From NCBI RefSeq assembly GCF_001194135.2, contig NC_068996.1, positions 52,509,864-52,558,800 on the forward strand: DNA of 48,937 nt. Reading direction: 5' to 3'. Every line of letters starts with the position of its first letter. Within the stretch, counting starts at the first letter, position 1. Below the pieces are notes generated by a model. The model saw only the letters and a program-made list of their open reading frames with translations, made no database searches and was not told where the DNA came from. This stretch comes from Octopus bimaculoides. Its lineage: Eukaryota. Positions 12,401 to 27,100 of the stretch are shown piece by piece. Position numbers and translations under genes: made by a program.

Positions 12401-15400
12401 GTTTTGTAGTTCAGCTTTGTTCGGTTTCTATCTAAACCAGTATTTTATATTTAGTTTTTGTTTTTACTTTCCAGAAGTAGAAAGAACAATGAATATTCCT
12501 CTTGTGTTCCATAAACTTACTATATCACTTTCATTAATGGAGTGTTTTAATCAATTTTACAGACAATTGCTGTTGCAGAATTGGTATGTTTGTCTGCAAA
12601 ACACACTTTCAAGGCATATATGCAAGGAGTTGCTCAGATGCATTTGTCATCATCTCTTAGCCATTTTCTTAACTGTTTTCTCGGATCCTTCCAGTCACCC
12701 AATGCACAAGTAGCAATTGAAGATGTGAGTAAAACAATTCTGTCCTTTTCGTCAGAAATTAATCAAATAATACAATCTTTTTAAGCTTTATTGCTTCTAT
12801 ATTGTAATCTAAATTAAAATTAGAATTTTGAAAAAATCAAAATAGTTTTAATAATTTGATTTTACTAATAATTTAAACTAATAATCAGTACATTGTCAAA
12901 TGATGTTCTAGTAAATACGATCATCTTTCTTGAGAAATACAACCCTAACAAGAAAACCTTCATCATCATCATCATCATCATTTAACGTCTGCTTTCCATG
13001 CTAGCATGGGTTGGACGATTTGACTGAGGACTGGTGAACCAGATGGTTACACCAGGCTCCAATCTGATCTGGCAGAGTTTCTACAGCTGGATGCCCTTCT
13101 TAACGCTAACCACTCTGAGAGTGTAGTGGGTGCTTTTACATGCCACCGGCATGAAGGCCAGTCAGTGGGTACTGGCAACGGCCACGCTCAAAATGGTGTA
13201 TTTTACGTGCCACCTGCACAGGAGCCAGTCCAGCGGCAATGGCAACGATTTCACTCGAATGTCTTTACACGTACTACCTGCACAAGTGCCAGGAAGGCGA
13301 CGCTGGGCACAGGTGCCATCACGATTTCGCTTTCGCGTGCCCCAAAGGTCTTCGCAAGCCGGCTCCGTAATTTGCTCATTAAACCTATTCAGTCTACATT
13401 GTTTCCATTTCAAAACTAAATATCTAAATTAAGTCATCGATGTTAAATCTTAAATCATAACTTGGAATTACAATACATTTAGATGAATTGCTTTAAATTC
13501 TTGACCATATTACTGATTGCTTATTATAGGTGGATGGTTCTTAATATTAATTCTTTTAGTTCCTGTCAGTCAGTTATAACTTTCAATTTAATTTGTGAAT
13601 CGGACTGGGTGGTGGTGTTTTCTTAAGCAAAACACTTCATTTCACATTGTTTCGGTTTCCATTCAGCTGGCAAAAATGAGTAACCCTGTGACAGACAGGC
13701 TAATATGTTATAATCTTGGTCGGTTATATGCCACAGAAACCGGGTATTTGGCTCTACAAGTTTTTGGATTCAAGACAGCAATGCCCAAGGGACTGGACAT
13801 TACATCTAGTTAAATCAATGTACTTGTTTCATTTATTCATATACTGTAATGTTATTTTCTTTTTAACATTCTTGTATTACATACAAAAACAATTGTAAAA
13901 AAACTTACACCATATTCAAAGTCCTTGTTCTTACTGCAGGAATCACAGGCAACACACACTTTGTCTTGATTTATTCAAATTGCTGAATAATTAAAGAAAA
14001 TAATTCACTGCATATTTTCATATTTGATAGAATTCTTCATATTCTTTATTTAGCTTCAAAAGAATTCTAAAAAGAGGAATAAAAGGAAAAACAAAAGTGG
14101 AATTCTCTATGTTCCAGGTATGCTTGCTCTGATTTTATAAATTTGTCTTAAAACTATAAATTAATGATTTTTTAAAACTATAGCCAAATTAATTTGTTTT
14201 TCTCTTCAAGGTAGAATTATCATCTTTGATTGAATGGGACCGGAGAAAATCCTGTTATTTCAAATGTACTCCAATGTTTATTGGTTTAAGAAACTGAATT
14301 CATTCATAAAGAGGTTTAACTGCCAAAAGAGAGTTAAATGTGTTGATCTGTGATCACAGCATCAAACACTATGACAGTTAATATTGTCTTTTGTATGTGC
14401 TCATTTTATTTGCCTCAAACAACCCAATTTTGAAAATAAGTACTACTTTAATTTTACACAATTTCATTATTTGTTTTAACAATAATAGATGTCAATGGTT
14501 TGGATTTCTCTTTTAGAAAATTACACTAGTCAAAGGAATAATTTGGAAATTCATGTAAAATCTTTGATAAACTTCATACAAGTTGTGGTGCTGATTAAAA
14601 CAGTTGTATCAAATTTAAAAAGTATCATTTAAAAAGTAGATTCATTAGAATTGTTATTAATTTATTCATTGTTTGTGTGTTCATTTCATCCTGGCTGTGG
14701 TTTACAATTTGATAGAATAATCTCAATGTTAACGGGTTAAAGTTGGAGTGTTTTGGTTCTGATGTGTTTGTAGTTGAGTTAGCAATATTGTTAAAATAGA
14801 GTTGCCACAACCTCTGCTTGTAACACATTCAATTGTCTTGCTTAAGTTGTAGAGAGCAATAAGAGCTAGAATTATAAAAAGTATTGGGGGTTTTGCTTGA
14901 GAAATAAGAAAATACTGAAGGAAATATGTCATAGGAAAGAAATAAGAATAAAAAAAATATAACTAATGATAAAATGATAATGGTTTCAAATTTTGGCACG
15001 AGGTTAGTATTTTTGGGTGAAGGGGTAAGTCAGTTACACTGACCCCAGTGTTTCACTGGTACTTATTTTATCAACCCTGAAAGGATGAAAAGCAAAGCTG
15101 GCTTTGGTGGGATTTGAACTCAGAACATGAAGACAGACAAAATGCTACTAAGCATTTTGCCCAGCTTGCTAATGATTCTGCCAGCTCACTGCCTTTAGTG
15201 GTAAAATAATATTGAAACTAATATTCTTTTCTACTCTAGGCACAAGGACCAAAATTTTTGGGGTTGGGGGCCAGTCGATTAGATCAACCTCAGTACACAA
15301 CTGGTACTTAATTTATCGATCCCGAAAGGATGAAAGGCAAAGTCGACCTCGGCAGAATTTGAACTCAAAACGTAAAAACACATGAAATACCGCTAAGCAT

Positions 15401-18400
15401 TTCACCTGGTGTGCTAACGTTTCTTATTTCTTTATTGCCCACAAGGGCTACACACAGAGGGGACAGACAAGGACAGACAAACAGATTAAGTCGATTATAT
15501 CGACCCCAGTTCATAACTGGTACTTATTTAATCAACCCCGAAAGGATGAAAGGCAAAGTCGACCTTGGCGGAATTTGAACTCAGAATTTAACGGCTGATG
15601 AAATACCACAAAGCATTTCGCCCAGCATGCTAACGATTCGGCCAGCTCGCCGCCTTCAATATTGAAAAATATTAACAATCTTTTGTATTTTTGTATATGT
15701 TAACCCTATACCTTACCTAAGTTCTTTCTATCTGTCTCCAGATAACACGGAATGGTTAAATGAGACTCCAAAAAGTTTGTGGAAGCGCATTGTCAATGAC
15801 GTACACGAGTATTATCATTTTACTTTAGAAAGGTATGAGCAACTTTTCTATTCTCTTTAATTACACTAAATTAAAACTTATTAAGTTAGAATTTTTACTT
15901 AATTTTACATAAAATAAATATCAGATTAGGTTTCACTTTGACCACTTCTTTTCTCAAGAAATGGCATCTTTGGCTTTCCTTCTATATTAACCTTTCACAG
16001 TTCAATATAAATATCAACTTCCTCATCCAGTCTAACCTATGAATTGACTATTGAAGAATTCCAATATTTTATAGATTAATATAATCATCACATCAATGAG
16101 ATAAACTAAACAAGTAGCAAAACTGTTAGTAGTTTGCATTCCGTCACCAATTTTCTGACTATGGCCAAATTGCTTCTCATATTCGATCAGTCTTCCTAGC
16201 TATGTGTTGACAGCGCTAAGGCATAAACTTTGACATTTTCCTTTGCATATGGATTCAAGTTCATCTGTTTCTTGGAAAGACTATCAGAACAATTATTTAT
16301 TTCATTACTTAATCAGGAAGGAAGAGAAGTCCTCGTGATTCATTAGAGGACCTTTAAAACTGGTGGAAAAGAGAAGAAACCTTGCTCCTTTTGCTTGCAT
16401 CAGAGTGAGGACCCTGGTAAAAGTACCCAGGAATTAGATGTTTGCATAAACCCTCCTGCCGAAATTACTGACCTTGTGCCAAGATTTGAAACCAGTATTT
16501 TTCTTACACAATTGGTAATTAATATCTGTGGGCTGGGGAATCAATCATCATCATCATCATTGGAAAGCGGACATTAAACGATGATGATGATTGATTCCCC
16601 AGCCCACAGATATTAATTACCAATTGTGTAAGAAAAATACTGGTTTCGAATCTTGGCACAAGGCCAGTAATTTCGGTGGGAGGGTTAAGTCATTACATTG
16701 ATCCCAGTGTTCAACTGTTATTTTATTGACCTCAAAATGATGACAGTCAACCTTGATGGAATTTGATTAATAATAACAATAATAATATTGACCACACTGA
16801 TCTCACCAGTTTTGGAGAATCTATGAAGATCATGGACGCAGTGCCTTCCTTCAAATCAGTTAAAACAAAATATACAAGTCATTGTAATCCTTGTCATCCT
16901 AGGTAGACTTAGGCACATAATTATTGGTTTTTCCTTGTAAGCAACACAAACATTGTTGATTAATATAAACATACCAGGCATTAACCTAGAATGGTAAATA
17001 AATCTATTTTTTTAAGATATAGCAAATTTATTAATTTTACTATTATTATTATTGATGATTTTTTTTTGTTTTTTGTTTTTCTTTCTAGTGACTCTGTGGA
17101 TTCACTTGTAGAAAAGTATGGCATACAAAAAATATCCTTGTTGCGGTCCATTTGCAGGAAATGTGGAATTCAAATTCTGTTAAAAGATTATAACTTTGAC
17201 ACTAAGAACAAACAAAGCTTTTTTGAGGATGATATTGTAAATGTATTTCCTGTCATTAAATGTGTCCATCCAAAGGTTTGGTTCTTTCTAAATATATTTT
17301 TTAAATATTTTGTTTCTTAAATACCTCCCCACACACACAGCCCTACAGCTTTTTATGTTGTTTTCACTGTCCAATTTTTCCTGTCTTGGTTTGTGTTTGC
17401 TATCTTGGAATCCTCTGTTTAGTGGGTTAATCCACTACTCAGGAAGAAACTATTCTAAGAGTGTGTCCTGCCTTATCTTCGAAGCACCTACTTTTAGAAT
17501 AGAGGCAGCTGATGAAGGAATAATTCCATAAGTGGCTTGTTTGTTTTCCTATGTGTTCGTTCTGTTGTCTATATGCAAAGTCTGTTTTGTTTTTATGTCC
17601 CCATTCATTTTTCTAACGTCCTGTACCTGGATATGCATCTATATATACATGTAGATGTAGGTATGTACATATATGTATGTATACATGCATATGCTTATAT
17701 ATCATTTGTATCATATATATATACATACATACACACATACACATTGAACAACACATCATACATTACTAAATATAATTTAGACATTCCTTTATTTAATCAT
17801 TTAACTACATTAAACATTGTTTAATTAAGCAAATCTTTTATTACATTGCATTTTTTCTATGTACAGCTTCAGATTATTCTTATCTACGTGTAGCATAGAT
17901 GCAGGTGTGGCTGAGTGGTAAGAAGTTTGCTTCCCAACCACACAGGGTTCTGGTTTCAGTCCCAGTGCATGGCACATTGGGCAAGTGTTTTCTACTACAG
18001 TTCTGAACTGACCAAAGCCTTGTGAGTGCATTTGGTGGATGGAAGCTGAAAGAAGCCCATCGTGTAATATATACATGTGTGTGCATATATACTGAAGGAA
18101 CCTATGTGCATGTGAGCATATATACATATACATGTGTGTATGTGTGTGTGTACACAACAAAGTTTACTGTAGAAGATAAGGATAATAAATGTTATATTTT
18201 TGTCCCCAGAAAGAGTTGAACCCACAACCTTCTTTAATAGTTGCACCACTGAAGTACATGATAAAAGTTATGCAAGCAATAAGTGGAGCAGAAGATATAC
18301 ATACACATGGACCTGTGTTATTGTTCCTGTGTTTGTCCCCCATCACTGCTTGACAACTGGTGTTTGTGTGTTTATGTTCCCTGTCGTTTATTGGTTCAGC

Positions 18401-19342
18401 AAAAAAGACCAATAGACTAAGTACCAGAATTTTTATGTGGGGGTCAATTCATTTGACTAAATATTCTCTAAGGCAGTGCCCCAGCATGGCCACAGGCTAA
18501 TCACTGAAACAAACAAAAAGTAAAGGATAGGTTTGGATTTCTCTTTTAGAAAATTACAAACACTGAATTAATGTATAATCATTGACACCCTTCACACTTC
18601 CATGATAATTTCTATTGTGGTAAATACTTATATAATATCACTTTAACCATTCATGTTCATCTTACCCACATGTCTATTTTTTTATGCCAAGTTAGGTTTA
18701 AATAATTATTTTCTCTACTGATGGTTCATAATTTCTTTTTAGGCTAGTGATGCTTATCATTTTTTCACAAGTGGTCAAAGTAAAATTCAGCAAGGACTTT
18801 TAAGAGAAGGATATGATTTAATTAGTGAAGCACTAAACCTGTTAAATAACGTCTATGGTGCAATGCATCCAGACATTGCTGCTTGCTTACGGTTACTTGC
18901 ACGACTCAACTATATCATGGGAGACTATTCTGAGGTTAGTGCTGAATTTCTTTTCATGTTTACATATTTTTTCCTCTTTACAGGTGTGTACTAAAATAAT
19001 TTTCATCTCTTTTAGCTTACGTACTGTGTTTCTTTTTTGTTTTTCTTGCATTTCCACAAACCAAAATATTTTAATTCCATTTCCATAAACCCAAACTTTT
19101 AATTGAGAAAGATTAACAATGTGATAATTTTCTAATACAAAACAATCTGAAAACATCGTGATATTTATGGAATAAGATTGATCATTTTACACTACTGCAA
19201 ACACCAAAAGTAATATGTCATTTATCACAAAATAAAGGCATTGCTCTCAGAAATGTGAAAACCATTATCAGAACTAATTGTTACCAGCTTAGTGTGTGTA
19301 TAATTTTTGAAAAAATGTTATGCAAAATCATAAATAGGAACT

Positions 19343-19384
<42 letters not shown>

Positions 19385-19400
19385 TCTCTTTCTCTCTCTA

Positions 19401-19484
<84 letters not shown>

Positions 19485-20344
19485 ACACACACAGTCTTGT
19501 GGTTAGTGTTGAACTCATGATCACGAGATTGTACTTTTGATTCTCAAACCACAATCTCGTGTGATGTGTCCTTAAACAAAAGATTTCAGTTCACATTGCT
19601 CTACTCCTGTGGACCTCTTTTATTTAAATGAGTTTTCCTGCAGACCCCAGGATATTGAAAGGTCTGTCAGCTTAACGTGTTCATGGACTACAGGTTGGGA
19701 GCCACTGATTTAGTCCATCATCATCATCATCATCATTTAACATTGCCCATGCTGGCATGGGTTGGATGGTTTAACTGAAGCTGGAGAGCTGCACCAGGCT
19801 CCAGTCATCTGCTTTGGCATGGTTTCTACAGCTGGATGCGCTTCCTAACACCAACCCTATAACAGGGTGCTGGGTGTTTTTTATGTGGCACCACATGAGT
19901 GCTTATACATGGCACCACATGGGGGCTTCTATGTAGTACCACCATGAGTGGTTTACACCATCAGAAAGATTAGTCTTAACACTTCTGCTGTACAACACTG
20001 CGATAGTCTTCTTGTGTACGACCCTGCAATGGACTGATATTTCGTTCAGGGAGAATGTTAGCCTGCTCACCTAGCTAGCTTGGTGACACCATATGAAAGG
20101 TGAAACAATGTGAGGAAGCACGTTGTGATCAGCAGTATATACCATCTGAAAGCCTGGTCAATACAGTGATATACGACACACGCATGCATGCACACAGGCA
20201 GGCAGGTCTCCATTGGTTATCAGCAACTATTTTTCTTGCATGAGTTATCTTCTCATTATCAAATTGCAGCAATACTTTAGTTGATATGAAGTTCTCTGAT
20301 TTTAGATTTAAGTGATTAATACTGTGAATGTCACTCAATTAATT

Positions 20345-20389
<45 letters not shown>

Positions 20390-23300
20390 GATTTGATTTC
20401 AATCTTTAAAGATTTTTTTCTTTACTTTTAAATTGGGGAAATAAAAAATCTAAAAATGAAAGGGCATATTTTCTACTTAATGAATTATTGAAATGCTTTA
20501 ATTTCATCTATTAATTGCTATTATTACCATTTGTAATTTACTTTTGAATTTTTTTTTTTCTATTTTTAAAGGCTCTTTCCTATCAACAAAGGGCAGTTCT
20601 TATGAGTGAAAGGGTATTAGGCATTGATAATGCTAATACCATCACAGAATACGTGAGTTTGATTTTACTGTTTAATAAAACATTTTGTAACTTAATATAA
20701 TATACAGGTGGTGATCTGTAGTTGTGATGGCTAAAACAGCATAATTAGTAATTTAATTGACAACAAGATCTTTACAAAAATTTATCTTAATATTCCATCA
20801 TTTAAAACACTATGGACTAATTAACTTAATCCATCCATCCTTCCATCTTCTCTACCCACTTGGGATTATTGTTTGGGTAGTGTTCTCAGGCACCCCCTTC
20901 ATAGGGTCCTATCAGAAACAACCATCATAAAACATTCCAGATGGATTTTCATGTATCGCCAATTGGGACCATGGATATTATCCCACCATCTCGTTCTTGG
21001 TCTACCCTTTAGGTCTCTTGCTGGTTGGCTCAGCTTGAAAGAATCCATCTTGTGATTCTTTTCTGTGACATTCTAATTACTGAACTTAATGAGATTTATA
21101 AAATAATAGCATCATAAATTTTGAAAAATTTGCACCACTTGTAATGTCAATAATAATTATTAAATTTGAAAGTAATGTGTTTCTATGGAAAATTAAACAT
21201 ATCAGGGTTTTTTTTTTGTGTGTGTGTGTTTAAGTTATATATTGAGCAGTCATCATCATCATCATCATTTTCATTATCATCTCTATCACTGCTGTCCTCA
21301 TAATCTACATCTTCATCATTATTATAAACTAGCTGACCCTGTGCTGTCAAAAATGATGGCTAATTGGAGTATTTTATATGTACATAATAAGGTCCAACAT
21401 AATCACAGATACAAACATTCACATACTTCCCTCGTACACACACACACACACACACAGAGTTGAAACGCTATTTGATTTTTCTTTTCATTGTTGAATGTTC
21501 ACCATCCCACTTCCAGTGCACACACACACGCACAAACATTCACATGACTCCCTTTTACATATATACACATATGCTCACACAGAGTTGAAACGCTGTTTGA
21601 TTTTCTTTTTCACCATAGGACTTCCATCATCCCACTACCAAGTTTGCCATCACCCCTTCCTTCCTTCCTTCCTTATTCATCTATCATCCCTTCCTTTCTC
21701 ATTCATATGTTGTGACAGAGAAATGTACACAATTGTATTATTATAGTAGATGTTCATTTTATGAGATTGGNNNNNNNNNNNNNNNNNNNNNNNNNNNNNN
21801 NNNNNNNNNNNNNNNNNNNNNNNNNNNNNNNNNNNNNNNNNNNNNNNNNNNNNNNNNNNNNNNNNNNNNNNNNNNNNNNNNNNNNNNNNNNNNNNNNNNN
21901 NNNNNNNNNNNNNNNNNNNNNNNNNNNNNNNNNNNNNNNNNNNNNNNNNNNNNNNNNNNNNNNNNNNNNNNNNNNNNNNNNNNNNNNNNNNNNNNNNNNN
22001 NNNNNNNNNNNNNNNNNNNNNNNNNNNNNNNNNNNNNNNNNNNNNNNNNNNNNNNNNNNNNNNNNNNNNNNNNNNNNNNNNNNNNNNNNNNNNNNNNNNN
22101 NNNNNNNNNNNNNNNNNNNNNNNNNNNNNNNNNNNNNNNNNNNNNNNNNNNNNNNNNNNNNNNNNNNNNNNNNNNNNNNNNNNNNNNNNNNNNNNNNNNN
22201 NNNNNNNNNNNNNNNNNNNNNNNNNNNNNNNNNNNNNNNNNNNNNNNNNNNNNNNNNNNNNNNNNNNNNNNNNNNNNNNNNNNNNNNNNNNNNNNNNNNN
22301 NNNNNNNNNNNNNNNNNNNNNNNNNNNNNNNNNNNNNNNNNNNNNNNNNNNNNNNNNNNNNNNNNNNNNNNNNNNNNNNNNNNNNNNNNNNNNNNNNNNN
22401 NNNNNNNNNNNNNNNNNNNNNNNNNNNNNNNNNNNNNNNNNNNNNNNNNNNNNNNNNNNNNNNNNNNNNNNNNNNNNNNNNNNNNNNNNNNNNNNNNNNN
22501 NNNNNNNNNNNNNNNNNNNNNNNNNNNNNNNNNNNNTATCTAAAGGGTTAAAAATTGTTTCTCTATTATATATTTTAACCCTTTTGCTCTGTTTCTTTCA
22601 ATTAATTTTAAATATAACAAAGGATTTAGTAAAATAACTTGGTTCTCATTCAGCTAGTGTTAGGAACATAAATTGTGACTAAGGTTTGGTGGAAGATTTT
22701 AATTCAAAACTTATGAAAACCAAACATTTGTACTGCAGAGCCAGGGGCAGTTTCAGCCGGGTTGGTAATGAAAGGGTTAGATTAATCATTTGTTAACCCT
22801 TTCGTTACCGTATTTCTGTTGAGATGCTCTGTGTTTCTTTCTATTAATTTTAAATATAACAAAGAACTTAGTAAAATAACTTGGTTATCATTCAGCTAGT
22901 GTTAGGAACATAAATTGTGACTAAGGTTTGGTGGAAGATTTTAATTCAGAAATTTTGAAAACAAGACATTTGTACTCAGAACCAGAGCCAGTTTCAGCCA
23001 GGTTGGTAACGAAAGGGTTAAGAATTGTTTCTTTATTATATATTTTAACCCTTTTGTTACCATATTTCTGTTGATGCTTTATGTTTCTTTCAATTAATTT
23101 TAAATATAACACAGAATTTAGTAAAATAAATTAGTTATTAAGCCGGGTTGGTAACGAAAGGGTTAATGTCTGTCCTTGAAAAAAAAAAACAATTAAATTT
23201 ACATATTTTTATAATATTTTTCATTTTACACACTTATGCAAGAAATAGCCAATTGGCTGATACTAAGGGTTATTGGGAATTGTCCCTAAAATTTTAGCTT

Positions 23301-24033
23301 ATAAAATAGTCCATTGTCCAGATCTAGTATTGAAATCTTGAAGTTACAAGATAATGCAGGATTAATTCAAAACGATGTAAATAAATACACATTACATTTG
23401 ACAGGGTTTAATGGGTTCCTAGCCATCAACAATTTTTCTCTGAAGAAAACTGGGAACTCACCACACATAAGTTGATCATCTCTTTTTGATTGAGTAATTG
23501 TATCACTTCATATTTAGATGCAAAAAACTAAAATTTTGGAAATCAATAAAAAAAACTTTATCTTATTTTACAGAGCAATATTGGTTTGATTTTACATGCT
23601 GCCGAAGAGTATGATCTATCCTTACGGTTCTTAGAAAAAGCTTTAGAACTGAATATTAAGTAAGTATTCCTACAAAGTAATAATTCATAAAACACTTTGA
23701 TAAATTGCAATAATAATTCTGGTTATTTAAACATTTTTTTTCACCCTGCAAAAACAAAAGACTTTCTTTTGGGAATCATATGCCACTAAAAGATTTTTCA
23801 TGCTTCTTCAGTTTTTCAAATTAGTGTATGTAGCAGATTTTAACTGATAATATTCTTTATATATACATATAGGCACAGGCATGGCTGTGTGGTAAGAAAC
23901 TTGCTTCCCAACCACATGGTTCTGGGTTCAGTCCCACTGTGTCACACTTCAGGCAAGTGTCTTCTACTATAGCCTTGGGCTGACCAAAGTCTTGTCAGTG
24001 GATTTCTCAGACAGAAACTGAAAGAAGCCCGTC

Positions 24034-24107
<74 letters not shown>

Positions 24108-27100
24108 CTGTGTTTGTCTCCCCAGCATCGCTTGACAGCTGATGTTGATGTGTTTACTTCCCCATAACTTAGCGATTCAGCAAAATAGACTGGTAGAATA
24201 AGTCCTGGGGTTGATTTATTTGACTAAAGGTGGTGCTCCAACATGGCCACAGTCAAATGGCTGAAACAAGTAAAAGAGTACCCAAATGCCAGGTGCCATA
24301 TGTTAGTAGTGGAAAGTGTCTGTGACAAAAATGCTTTCACTATGACAAGGAGTGCTGTTACAATATCATTATCATCATCATTTAATGTCCCACTTCTATG
24401 CTGGCATGGTTAGACAGTTTTGCACCATCCAATACTTTGTCTAAGTCTACATTGTATAACATTCAAGTTATCTTTTCTTTAAATACCTTCAAAAATAGAG
24501 ACTTCTTTGTTAAGTTCTAATCATGGGACAACCAAGTATCCCTATTATTTAGCTTTTCTTCTAGCCATTTGATAATCTTCTCTATTACACCCTTCTAAGA
24601 CTGTCTCTTAGCTTTTACCCTCCTCCCAGCCCCATCAACTTTCTGTTTCCATCACCACATCACTTTCAGTTTGGTTGAGACTTTAATCAAGCTAACCCTA
24701 ACCCTTTGATCTCTAGTCCTAAGCAGGTTATTAATAGAAATTCCCAGTATCTAAGCTTTCCTCCCTACAGTCATATATGTCAAGTAACATTTCTCTAAAT
24801 TTATTCCCAACTATGGGGTCTTTTAGTTTCTATATCCACCTTCTCCATGCTGTCTTTTGCTAAGATAAATGACTTTTTTTGAAATAATAAATAATATATA
24901 TGTAGGAAGTATATTAAAATAATACTTTTCTTTAAGCATAATATGAAAATATTATTCGTACATTAAGTCATCACTTTTTTTTCGTTAATTTAGATTTTAT
25001 GGTGCAAAAAGTTTGAAAGTTGCAATGGGTCACCATTTAGTTGCTCGAACACGCTCTTGTAGAAGTGATTTTAGATCTGCTCTACAGAGTGAAAAAGAAG
25101 CCTATGCGATTTATAAACAAGTTGTAAGTATATAATCTTGATAGTATATTTAGAAGTTTTCTTTTTAAATAATGAACAATTTTAGCTGTCGATGTATTTG
25201 TTTGAAGTTTTGGTGGTCTAGTGAATGTCTAAAACTACTTTACTTGACACATTAAAATAACCAAACAATTGAGTGCAAACTATTAAATATATATATTATG
25301 AATTTTTAACTGGATCCCTATAACAAGTAACAACATTGGATATGTGTTTGTCTTATTTGACCTCATCAGCAAATTTGACTGTAATCATTTTTTTTTAAAT
25401 TTAAAGCTTGGGGAGGAACATGAGAGAACCAAAGAAAGTTCTGAATGTCTAAAACATTTGACTCAACAAGCTGTAGTTTTTCAAAAGAAAATGAATGAAA
25501 TCTGCAAAGGAGAAAAAAGCATAAATTTTGCTCCTCTTCAGGTGAGTGTCGATATTCTTCCTCTTCAAGAAGTTATTTCAATCTTTTCAACTAGAAAATA
25601 TTCCATTAGTTACTCTTAGATTATTTACTATCTACGAAGATTTTTTTTTTTAACTTTTTAGCATTTGAACCAGCCATATCCAGTCCAAATATGTCATTCT
25701 AAAAATAAACAGTCACATCATTGAATTCCCAAAGATATGAGATAATGCAGGATTAATTCAAAACATTATGACTGAGTAATTCGGATGCCAAAGGATTAAT
25801 TCTATGAATTATGTAAAACATATCTTCTAACATGTGCTAAAATAACTTATTGGCAAGAATATCTTGGTTATGGTTTTTATGATTATTTTTAGCATGACAT
25901 TGTAGGGTAGGTGTGAGAGGTAAGATGCAGCAAGTTTGAACATAAAATAGGTTTGGGCTGGATATGGCTGGTTTAAATACTAAGAGGATTAAAAAGTTCA
26001 GATTAATGCAAAATTCTGAAATTCTAAACAATCTAATCATTCTTTTGGTTATCTTAGCAGTTTCATAATTCTTTTTCAATTATTTCTATCATTTATTTTC
26101 CAGATACAGACTCCATCTATTCAGAGTGTTCTTGACACTTTAAATGTCATTAATGGTATTGTGTTTGTGCAAATAAGGTAAGAAACTATTTCAAAACTCA
26201 CAACTGCTTAGGGAAATTTTAGTCCTAATTCTGAATGTATCAGCCAGGAATTATTTACAGTTAGTAAAGAATAAAAAGTTTAGAATGGTACAAAAAATGG
26301 ACTATATACCTGTTGTAATTTGGTTATCTATAGTCCGATTTATAGTTAATTTTTTTAGCTTGCTGTTAGAAGGCACAAACACTTCAATATATTCTCAGCA
26401 TCTTACTTTAATTCCAAAATCTACAGTATACACCAAAATAAAGAAAGAATGGCCATTTAAAACTGGTAAAATGATGGAATTTTTTCCTAAACTACCTATG
26501 CAAGCATTTCATGTATATGTGTAGAGTATTAGCCTGTGGAGATAAGACATACATCTGCTCTAACAGAACTGAGAGGACTTTTAAACAACTATACTGTGTA
26601 TTTTCTTCTTCTCCACCTTGCTGCTGCAGCATGATGGTTGGGTCATTAGCATGTTGGGCAAAATGCTTTACACCATATAGTCTGTTTTTATGTTCCATAC
26701 GCAAATGCCACTGAGGTCAACTTTCATTCTTTCAGGGTTGATAAACTATCTGTTAAACACTACTTACCCACCTCTAAAACCACTGGCCGTGTGCCAAAAT
26801 TTGAATCCTTTGAAGGCACCTCAGACAAAATGCTTAGCACCACTTCATCTGTCTTTGTGTTCTGAGTTCAAATGTCACTGAGTCGACTTTAATGTTCATA
26901 CTTTTGAGATCAATAAAATAAATACCTATCAAGTACTGGGTTCAATGTGATAAACTTATCCTTCTTCTTCTGCCAAAATTGTTGGCCTTTTGCAAAAACT
27001 TAAAACCATTATTATTTAATGCCCACATTAGTGTTATTTTTATTATTTAATGTCCATGCTCCATGCTAGCATGGGTACAGCTGGTATGGCTATTCAAGGA

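Noticed and set aside
22537-23166. CRISPR-like repeat-spacer array
   Set aside because: The context is a eukaryotic intron, the units are ~230-bp TTAA-flanked MITEs, the spacers are duplicated and there are no cas genes.
9520-24000. tRNA genes suggested by A/B-box-like motifs
   Set aside because: These are SINE heads followed by family body sequence, with no cloverleaf or acceptor stem.
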